From a virus (taxonomy: Duplodnaviria; Caudoviricetes), in the IMG/VR virus record IMGVR_UViG_3300020049_012431, positions 14,735 through 78,734 of that record: a DNA stretch of 64,000 nucleotides; one strand, 5' to 3'. The notes beneath the pieces were generated by a model that worked only from the letters and a program-made list of their open reading frames with translations, did no database searches and had not been told where the DNA came from. A program made the translations under genes and the position numbers. Shown here in pieces: positions 57,252 through 64,000 of the stretch; position 1 is the first letter of the stretch, and every line of letters starts with the position of its first letter.

Positions 57252-57453
57252 GTATTGCGTTGAAGATTTACAAAAAGCGTTAGTATTAGCCAAAAATTCC
57301 ACTGAAGTTAGTATTACAATTGATCCTAAAGATCGACTAATCGTATCATTTACTGATATTATCGATGAAATGCCGAATGAAATCACCATATATCCATCCT
57401 ATGATGGTAATGCAACAAAATTTGCTGAAATAAAAATAACAAAAAGGCTTTGA
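57244..57453 (+). CDS. hypothetical protein
   Basis: Coupled ORF. Confidence 0.55.
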   Translation: MSKYCVEDLQKALVLAKNSTEVSITIDPKDRLIVSFTDIIDEMPNEITIYPSYDGNATKFAEIKITKRL

Positions 57454-57478
57454 CAAATAAGTTTTCTTCTGTTATAGT
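57450..57478 (+). promoter_or_regulatory. sigma70-type promoter
   Basis: TTGACA-17-TATAGT. Confidence 0.75.
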
Positions 57479-57500
57479 GTTATTATATATAGGAGGACTT

Positions 57501-57716
57501 ATGATTCGTTTATTTATTAAGGCCAGCGCAATACTGGCTATAGTTTTTGCATCACATCTAGCTGATGCCGCTGATGTATCTTTTATTACAATTAATCACG
57601 TCGATACTATCGAAATAGTTAAGAAAAAACATGTTTGTCATTATTCTGTCACAAAAGAACAACTCGCTGGAGATGTTGACGCACTTGTGCGAGCAGCATT
57701 GATTGCATGCAAGTAA
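57501..57716 (+). CDS. small exported protein
   Basis: AGGAGG RBS, ATG 57501, signal peptide. Confidence 0.6.
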   Translation: MIRLFIKASAILAIVFASHLADAADVSFITINHVDTIEIVKKKHVCHYSVTKEQLAGDVDALVRAALIACK

Positions 57717-57925
57717 ATTCCTTCTATAAAAACAAATTCGATGTGGATAATCTTTTTATGTGTGTGCTACGCGTCACTAGACGTAGTGGAAAAGAATATC
57801 AGCTTCATGTTGAGTGGTATAAAAAAGACGATAGAACACAAAAATTAACTAGTATGGGTATATTTCAAGATGTTATTACCGATACGGATAGGTTTGGAAA
57901 TGAATGGATAAAGACAATGTATTAG
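57707..57925 (+). CDS. hypothetical protein
   Basis: Overlapping ORF in the operon. Confidence 0.5.
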   Translation: MQVNSFYKNKFDVDNLFMCVLRVTRRSGKEYQLHVEWYKKDDRTQKLTSMGIFQDVITDTDRFGNEWIKTMY

Positions 57926-58266
57926 AACGTGTATTCGTATATGGAACTCTGAAAAAGGGACATAGTAACGATGTATATTTAAAAGACAGTAAGTTTGTGG
58001 GTGAGGGCGCAATTAATAAAGGGTATGGTCTTTATGTGTTCGGATTACCTTTTTTAGTAAAAGACGATAAGGGTCTAGGTTGTTATGGTGAAATTTACCT
58101 TGTTTCAAAAGAAACACTTAATGACTTGGATGTACTCGAAGGTCACCCTAGTATTTATAAGCGTGAGTTACTTGATGTTATTGAGCTTGACACTGGGCAC
58201 AAACTTAAGTGCTGGTGTTACATTTACCAAGGAAGAACAGGAGAAGATTATGTCAGAAGATTTTAG
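57904..58266 (+). CDS. gamma-glutamylcyclotransferase family protein
   Basis: VFVYGTLKKG, GEIY.V, LD.LEG..Y.R. Confidence 0.85.
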   Translation: MDKDNVLERVFVYGTLKKGHSNDVYLKDSKFVGEGAINKGYGLYVFGLPFLVKDDKGLGCYGEIYLVSKETLNDLDVLEGHPSIYKRELLDVIELDTGHKLKCWCYIYQGRTGEDYVRRF

Positions 58267-59041
58267 ACCATTTATTGATAAATTCGGTCTCATTGCACAA
58301 AAAGACACGAGCGGTGCTGATGGTGGTGATAGTACACATCGGTTCGGTGTTATGATGGTGTGTCTAAAATTATTAAAAATGAAATACTGGGTTACAAATG
58401 ACCGTGTACTTGACGATTACTACTCTTTTGCTATGAATCAGTATGAAGACGGATTTGGCAGTAATACCTACCGCAGACACCCAGATCCAGACAAATGGTA
58501 TAGTAATCCATTAAATTTCAGTAGAGACCAAACAGCAATGCTACTTAATGCTATGCTTATAATGAATGACAAAAGGAGAATAGATGGACTGGCTAAGGAA
58601 ATTATTAAGCGAGGTGGCTTACATAAAAACGCATATCCTAACTACGCTTACCCAAACACACCGGAATATAAACGAAAATTTCCCGATATTGCTACTCCCA
58701 ATCAACTTGCTGCTATATTGCGTTCTTTTCGCAGCAAATTTCTCTATCCTATTATTTGTGTTCTCGATTTGTTTAAGCTTGGAGATGTGGTGCTTGCTCG
58801 CCGGGATGATGAAGAGAGCAAGAAAAAAGGTAAGCGAACGGATTACTACACCATGTTGCTCACGGACCTAATTGTTGCCAGGGCAACGCAAGACACATTT
58901 GTTGCTCGTCTTGCCGCTAAATTATTGAAAAAAGATGACTATATGGGTGCTATTAGTTGGGTATTTGGTAGTCAATTTGACGATCCACCAATTCACAAAC
59001 TATTAAAACCGTTAGCCGATAAGTATATCGAGTCTTTATGA
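58250..59041 (+). CDS. hypothetical alpha-helical protein
   Basis: Start ATG 58250 after GGAGA; DGGDS..R and FSRDQ motifs; function unknown. Confidence 0.6.
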   Translation: MSEDFRPFIDKFGLIAQKDTSGADGGDSTHRFGVMMVCLKLLKMKYWVTNDRVLDDYYSFAMNQYEDGFGSNTYRRHPDPDKWYSNPLNFSRDQTAMLLNAMLIMNDKRRIDGLAKEIIKRGGLHKNAYPNYAYPNTPEYKRKFPDIATPNQLAAILRSFRSKFLYPIICVLDLFKLGDVVLARRDDEESKKKGKRTDYYTMLLTDLIVARATQDTFVARLAAKLLKKDDYMGAISWVFGSQFDDPPIHKLLKPLADKYIESL

Positions 59042-59238
59042 CTTGGGGCTATGATAGCTGGGGATACGATAATAGAAACGAACCAGCAGAAAAAAAAGAC
59101 TTGACAAAAAAGTGTACATGTGGTATGAATATAACAGCGGGTTATGATGTACCCGCAGATAGACACAGTGATTGGTGTGAACTATACAAAAAGGAAGACC
59201 CTGATGATAACAGCAAAAGAAGCCCGAGAAGGAACTAA
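59038..59238 (+). CDS. small Cys/His protein
   Basis: CTCG...HSDWC possible zinc site. Confidence 0.5.
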   Translation: MTWGYDSWGYDNRNEPAEKKDLTKKCTCGMNITAGYDVPADRHSDWCELYKKEDPDDNSKRSPRRN

Positions 59239-59464
59239 CGTTGACGAATACATCCAAGGAAAAATCAATGATATTGAGCAAAGCATTTCTGTTTGTATGA
59301 AACTTGGTGTTAGTTACTATAGATATATTGGTGCACTACCAAGCAGCATTAAAGATATGTTGATAGAATTGGGTTACACAGTAGACGAAACGGAAGACAT
59401 GTTTGTTGGTGATCGTGTGATTATCTCATGGGGAACCCCAACAAAGGACATATCATGCTCTTGA
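59204..59464 (+). CDS. hypothetical protein
   Basis: MITAKEAR...L.ELGY.V...ISW pattern; start moved to ATG 59204. Confidence 0.55.
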   Translation: MITAKEAREGTNVDEYIQGKINDIEQSISVCMKLGVSYYRYIGALPSSIKDMLIELGYTVDETEDMFVGDRVIISWGTPTKDISCS

Positions 59465-59667
59465 AGAATAAATCAACAGGCAGACTGGTTCGTGTAGTTG
59501 AAGGTAAGCTTCTTAAACCAAAAGAAGCAAAAAAGGCTGATGTAACAGCTAGTTTTCTTACTGGAAAAGATTTAGAAACGGAAGAAGAAGTTGGTGTTGT
59601 TTGGGGATATACAAAAAACGGGCAACCAAGTGAAAAAAACGAATATATTGTCGAGGAGGACAAATGA
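59455..59667 (+). CDS. hypothetical protein
   Basis: Start likely ATG 59455. Confidence 0.5.
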   Translation: MLLKNKSTGRLVRVVEGKLLKPKEAKKADVTASFLTGKDLETEEEVGVVWGYTKNGQPSEKNEYIVEEDK

Positions 59668-59870
59668 ATGAAGCAGATCTTGAACGGGCAATTAAAACTA
59701 TGAACGATGGTGGGAGCGCACAGATTTTAGCTAAGCTAACATTAGAGAGCGGAAATCCAGAACTTATTCCTATCTTTCTTGAAAGAGTGCTACAAAAATG
59801 CACAGAGGGTCATCATCAAACACGAGAATTCGCAATTGCGGGATTGAAGGTATTAAATGAAACAGCATAG
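59664..59870 (+). CDS. hypothetical protein
   Basis: GAGGA RBS; ATGA overlap. Confidence 0.55.
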   Translation: MNEADLERAIKTMNDGGSAQILAKLTLESGNPELIPIFLERVLQKCTEGHHQTREFAIAGLKVLNETA

Positions 59871-60087
59871 AAGTATTATTATGAAAATTGTAGCGGTAGC
59901 TGCGGTATTGGGTTTAGGTGCGGGAGCTGGAGTGAATGCTCTAGTTAAAAACGCTGAGCAGCGTGGTTGCCAAAAAGGCATCGTAAATATTCTAATGGAA
60001 ATTAATCCAGCAGTTACGATCGAACTTGAAATGTCCGGAACTCTTATGCCAGAAGTAGAAAAAGAATGTCAAGCAGCATTAAAATGA
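59857..60087 (+). CDS. small membrane-anchored protein
   Basis: Hydrophobic N-terminus. Confidence 0.5.
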   Translation: MKQHRSIIMKIVAVAAVLGLGAGAGVNALVKNAEQRGCQKGIVNILMEINPAVTIELEMSGTLMPEVEKECQAALK

Positions 60088-60125
60088 TTAAATCATCAGT
60101 ATTACTGACATTTGGTTTTTTAGTC

Positions 60126-60154
60126 TTGACAATCATGTACGTTTGTGCTATATT
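60126..60154 (+). promoter_or_regulatory. sigma70-type promoter upstream of lon
   Basis: TTGACA-17-TATATT. Confidence 0.7.
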
Positions 60155-60203
60155 GTTAGCTGTACCATTTTTACTTTCAACCATCGTTTAGATAGGAGAA
60201 TGC

Positions 60204-62582
60204 GTGTCTACTTCATACCCCGTAATACCATTAAGAGACCTGGTTGTTTTTCCAACCACCATGGTGCCTCTTTATATTGGCCGAGATAAGAGCGTCGGAG
60301 CGTTAGTTAAAGCAACAATTGAAAAAACCCAGGTGTTGCTTTTAACACAGAAAAACGCAAAAGACACTAATCCGATGCCAGATGACTTATATTCAATCGG
60401 CACACTGTGTGATGTTGTTCAAACTATAAATTTTCCAGATGGTACCGTAAAAATTATGGTAGAAGGAAGAGAAGCAGTGAGAGCAACAAACATTGTTGAC
60501 GATGGTGAATGTATATCAGCAGCAGTTACACCAATCAAGATGAAACTTGGTGTTGGTGAAGAACTTCGTGCATCAGTAAAAAGCATCAAGTCAGCATTTG
60601 AAGAACTGGCTCGTTTAGATAAACGTATTTCAACGGAAGCCTTGGCTCAAGTTGATGCATGTAAAATACCAGTTCAGCTAGCTTATGTTGTTTGTGCAAA
60701 TCTAAATGTTAAAATTGAACAGAAACAAGAAGTGTTGGGTAGCGTGCAGCAACAAGCACTATTAGATTTAATTCTTGGTATGTTGATGGGTGAAATCGAA
60801 GTATTTAAAGTTGAGAAAAAGATTCAAAATCGCGTCAAGAAATCAATGGAAAAAAGTCAAAAAGAATATTATCTAAATGAACAAATGGAAGCTATCCAAA
60901 AAGAACTTGGCACAAAGGACGACGTGACGGGCGAATTAGAAGAAGCATTAGAAAAAGCTCGAACACGGGGTTTGTCAGCAGAGGCAGATAAAAAAGTAGT
61001 GAAAGAACTTAAAAAATTAAAACAAATGAATCCAATTAGTGCAGAAGCCACTGTTGTTCGTAATTTTGTTGAAACAATTTTAAGTTTACCTTGGAACGAT
61101 TGTACTGAAGAACAAAGAGATATTGCCGTAGCACAACAACGTCTTGATGAAGATCATTTCGGTTTAGAAAAAGTAAAAGATCGCATTCTTGAGCAACTTG
61201 CTGTGTTACAATTAAATCCTGAAGCTCGCGGTACTATTATTTGTTTAGCTGGCCCTCCTGGTGTTGGTAAAACAAGTTTAGCAAAATCTGTTGCTGAAGC
61301 TCAAAATCGACCATTTGTTCGTGTGAGTCTTGGTGGCGTAAGAGATGAAGCTGAAATCACAGGTCATAGACGTACCTATGTTGGCGCAATGCCGGGTAAG
61401 ATTATTAACGCATTCAAAAAAGCAGAAAAGGGCAACCCAGTAATCCTACTTGATGAAATTGATAAGATGAGTAGTGACCATAAAGGTGACCCAGCTAGTG
61501 CTATGCTTGAAGTGTTAGATCCAAGTCAGAACAAAACATTCCAAGATCACTTTCTTGAGGTTGAGTATGATTTGAGTAAGGTGTTATTTTTTGCTACAGC
61601 CAATTACATCGAGAACATCCCTCGTCCACTTCTTGACCGTATGGAAGTTATTAGACTTGAGGGCTACACAAACACAGAGAAACTAGCTATTGCTAAAAAA
61701 TACCTTGTTCCTAAGCAATTAAAAGAAGCGGGCCTTGGTGCATTTAAGGTGACAATCAAAGATGATACTCTTCAGCATATGATTGAGGGTTACACTAGAG
61801 AAGCTGGCGTTAGAAACCTAGAGCGCACAATAAGTAAGCTTGCACGTAAGATTGCTAAACAAGTAGTGAGCATGAAGAACCTACGAGTTAAGAGCTTTAC
61901 CATCACTAAGAAAAGCCTACTTGCTTACCTAGGTCCAGACCGCTACACACCTGAACTTATCAGTAAAGAGAATGAGATTGGTTGTGTTAATGGTATGGCT
62001 TGGACTGAGGCTGGCGGCGACCTACTACCTATTGAGGTGGCAGTTATGCCGGGCAAAGGCACAGTGCAAATTACCGGAAAGCTTGGTGAAGTGATGAAAG
62101 AAAGTGCTCTCACTGCAGTAAGTTATATTCGTAGCCGAGCTAGCTTGTTAGGTATTGACGACGAGACATTCCAGAAGAATGATTTGCATTTGCATTTCCC
62201 TGAGGGCGCGGTACCTAAAGACGGTCCGAGCGCGGGAATTGCGATTACAACAAGTATTGTTAGTGCTTTGACAAAAATCCCAGTAAAACGCACAGTTGCG
62301 ATGACTGGTGAAGTGACTCTACGCGGTAAGGTGTTGGCTATTGGGGGTCTTAAGGAGAAGGTGTTGGCTGCGGCTAGAGCTGGAGTGACACACATCATCT
62401 GCCCTAAAGACAACGAGAAGGATCTAGTTGATATTCCTCAAGAAGTAAGAGATACACTAGATATTTTCTGTGCTAGCCATGTTGACGAAGTATTGGTAAG
62501 AGCCCTAGACATTAAGGGACCAAAGGAATTGTTTAAGTTAACAGTAAATAAAGAACGAATGATAAGGAGTAAATATGAGTAA
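60204..62582 (+). CDS. lon: ATP-dependent Lon protease, full length
   Basis: PLRDLVVFP N-domain, GPPGVGKT, DEIDK, PKDGPSAG (Ser), IGGLKEK (Lys). Confidence 0.97.
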   Translation: MSTSYPVIPLRDLVVFPTTMVPLYIGRDKSVGALVKATIEKTQVLLLTQKNAKDTNPMPDDLYSIGTLCDVVQTINFPDGTVKIMVEGREAVRATNIVDDGECISAAVTPIKMKLGVGEELRASVKSIKSAFEELARLDKRISTEALAQVDACKIPVQLAYVVCANLNVKIEQKQEVLGSVQQQALLDLILGMLMGEIEVFKVEKKIQNRVKKSMEKSQKEYYLNEQMEAIQKELGTKDDVTGELEEALEKARTRGLSAEADKKVVKELKKLKQMNPISAEATVVRNFVETILSLPWNDCTEEQRDIAVAQQRLDEDHFGLEKVKDRILEQLAVLQLNPEARGTIICLAGPPGVGKTSLAKSVAEAQNRPFVRVSLGGVRDEAEITGHRRTYVGAMPGKIINAFKKAEKGNPVILLDEIDKMSSDHKGDPASAMLEVLDPSQNKTFQDHFLEVEYDLSKVLFFATANYIENIPRPLLDRMEVIRLEGYTNTEKLAIAKKYLVPKQLKEAGLGAFKVTIKDDTLQHMIEGYTREAGVRNLERTISKLARKIAKQVVSMKNLRVKSFTITKKSLLAYLGPDRYTPELISKENEIGCVNGMAWTEAGGDLLPIEVAVMPGKGTVQITGKLGEVMKESALTAVSYIRSRASLLGIDDETFQKNDLHLHFPEGAVPKDGPSAGIAITTSIVSALTKIPVKRTVAMTGEVTLRGKVLAIGGLKEKVLAAARAGVTHIICPKDNEKDLVDIPQEVRDTLDIFCASHVDEVLVRALDIKGPKELFKLTVNKERMIRSKYE

Positions 62583-62853
62583 GTTGTTGTTATCGTTATT
62601 ATTCTGTGGGTCCCTGGCTAACGCCGGGGGTAAAGATTTGTTCGAACTTCATTGCATTAGTTGCCATGGAGTGCGAGGCATGGGGGCATTTGGTCCTAAT
62701 ATTCAGGATAGTGGAGAAGAATTAATAGAATTAAAGACTCAACAAGGAAAGTATCCTAAAGGGTATAAACCCAAACGAGACACAGATATAATGCCTATCA
62801 TCCGGTTATCTAAGGATGAGATAAAGGCACTAGAAAAATTTTTAAAAAAGTAG
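62575..62853 (+). CDS. class I cytochrome c
   Basis: Signal peptide ending ANA, G..LF...CISCHG, GPNI, distal Met (IMP). Confidence 0.85.
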   Translation: MSKLLLSLLFCGSLANAGGKDLFELHCISCHGVRGMGAFGPNIQDSGEELIELKTQQGKYPKGYKPKRDTDIMPIIRLSKDEIKALEKFLKK

Positions 62854-62882
62854 TTGACAAAAGGACCCAGGGATGATAACCT
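62854..62882 (+). promoter_or_regulatory. sigma70-type promoter
   Basis: TTGACA-17 (with TG)-TAACCT. Confidence 0.6.
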
Positions 62883-62907
62883 GGGTTTGTTCTTTCAGGA
62901 GGTGTGT

Positions 62908-63072
62908 GTGATATTCTGTACGTCCTATACAAAGCTGCGACGCTTCGCTCGTCTCGCGGCCCCGATTTTTTTCCTATGCTTAGCTGGGTGTACCACTACA
63001 GCTGAGTTAAATCAACGGACTTGCAAGCAAATTGGTGGAGTGAAATATTATGAGGGTGGGCTATGCAATTAG
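62908..63072 (+). CDS. small lipoprotein
   Basis: AGGAGG RBS, GTG 62908, lipobox LAGC. Confidence 0.55.
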   Translation: MIFCTSYTKLRRFARLAAPIFFLCLAGCTTTAELNQRTCKQIGGVKYYEGGLCN

Positions 63073-63191
63073 AAATAAAAAAACTAAGTGAGAATAAATA
63101 CCTAGTGACCCTAGGGGACACTGTGCTCACTATGACCAGAAGTGAACTGGCTGAGTTTCGTGTACAATTAAACCGACTCAATATTTTTTAA
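63063..63191 (+). CDS. small hypothetical protein (42 aa)
   Basis: Translated by hand; GAGG RBS. Confidence 0.45.
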   Translation: MQLEIKKLSENKYLVTLGDTVLTMTRSELAEFRVQLNRLNIF

Positions 63192-63200
63192 GAGGAACCG

Positions 63201-63440
63201 ATGAAAGCAATAATGGAGTTTAACCTACCGGAAGAACAAGAAGAATATGACTTAATGAATAAAGCTATGGACATGAGCTTTCTTCTTCATGACATAGAAC
63301 AAGACATATTCCGTCCACATAGAAAACATGGCTACGCTCATCAAAGGCTAGCTGAGCTATGCCATAATGACGATGTAACAGAGGCTATTGGTTTGCTGGA
63401 AGAACTCTACTATAACGCAAAGGGAGCCCGTGGCCTATGA
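63201..63440 (+). CDS. conserved small phage protein
   Basis: MKAIMEFNLPEE motif. Confidence 0.7.
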   Translation: MKAIMEFNLPEEQEEYDLMNKAMDMSFLLHDIEQDIFRPHRKHGYAHQRLAELCHNDDVTEAIGLLEELYYNAKGARGL

Positions 63441-63595
63441 AAAGCTTTAAACGGGTCATAGCAACGCTCTTAGTGCTTGGGCAAGGGCTTTACCTAGCCA
63501 GCACACATCCTGGTCCTATGGACACATTTAACGCATTCATGGGTGCATGGGTGGTGTGGACAATATGGGACCTGAACAAATTGGAGGAAGTATGA
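63437..63595 (+). CDS. small membrane protein (52 aa)
   Basis: Translated by hand; ATGA overlaps at both ends. Confidence 0.5.
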   Translation: MKSFKRVIATLLVLGQGLYLASTHPGPMDTFNAFMGAWVVWTIWDLNKLEEV

Positions 63596-63756
63596 AAAAG
63601 AAACCAGTGAAATCAAAGCCAAAGAAAAAGAAACCAACCGACAGCTTTCATGACTTTTTATTAGCTGAGCTAGAGCGAATAGAACAAAGCCCAAATCGGC
63701 TATCATGGGCAGAAGAAGCAATTAGACGAACGTTAAACCTTTCGGAGGAAAGATGA
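63592..63756 (+). CDS. small basic protein
   Basis: GGAGG RBS, ATG 63592. Confidence 0.5.
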   Translation: MKKKPVKSKPKKKKPTDSFHDFLLAELERIEQSPNRLSWAEEAIRRTLNLSEER

Positions 63757-63989
63757 GAACAATAGGATGTGCTTTATTAATTGGGTTATTAACTTCATGT
63801 GTGACAAAAAACATTGTTCACAGCGGCGGACAAGTGGTGGATGAGTGCCAGTGGGCAACAATGAACCTACTTTACATCGAGCTTACTCATTGTGAGAGCG
63901 GAGACGAACTACGCAGCACCAGCTACATCCTAAGAGACACTCCGGGGAGCAACACCAGACATGTGTTCATACCAGGGATGAGGAAATAG
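63753..63989 (+). CDS. small lipoprotein
   Basis: Lipobox LTSC; GGAGG RBS. Confidence 0.55.
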   Translation: MRTIGCALLIGLLTSCVTKNIVHSGGQVVDECQWATMNLLYIELTHCESGDELRSTSYILRDTPGSNTRHVFIPGMRK

Positions 63990-64000
63990 TATGCGTAAAC

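Noticed and set aside
1-64000. Prophage, alternative genetic code or tRNA array
   Set aside because: No integrase, att-like boundary or host housekeeping block; long ORFs are intact under the standard code with all three stops used; no tRNA cloverleaf was seen by eye.

Overview
The whole window is an AT-rich tailed dsDNA phage (Caudoviricetes) genome segment with a podovirus-like layout. I saw no integrase, tRNA, rRNA or CRISPR array. The + strand carries early and replication genes driven by sigma70-type promoters, several of them leaderless: a PD-(D/E)XK nuclease, ERF recombinase, primase-helicase, family B DNA polymerase, phosphoesterases, HNH, putative lysis genes, an orphan adenine methyltransferase, a full-length Lon, a class I cytochrome c and a signal-peptide-bearing ClpP-like protease. 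The - strand block (about 18.9-54.7 kb) holds terminase, portal, scaffold, major capsid, tail tubular/fibre and ejection-type proteins and a peptidase M15 endolysin; many of these genes follow a repeated TAACATAT(A) motif that looks like a late promoter. Main points of interest: (1) an ORF-less 202-nt group I intron splits the major capsid gene, and the spliced junction may lack a 7-residue segment; (2) directly downstream is a free-standing HNH nuclease fused to a Mom-like DNA-modifying domain; (3) a GIY-YIG endonuclease has taken over the start of a tail gene and supplies a synonymously recoded copy of its N-terminus; (4) a roughly 200-nt promoter-driven multi-stem non-coding RNA. Protein family calls come from motif recognition by eye, not database searches. 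The host is probably diderm (lipoproteins, exported cytochrome c) but cannot be named from this sequence.
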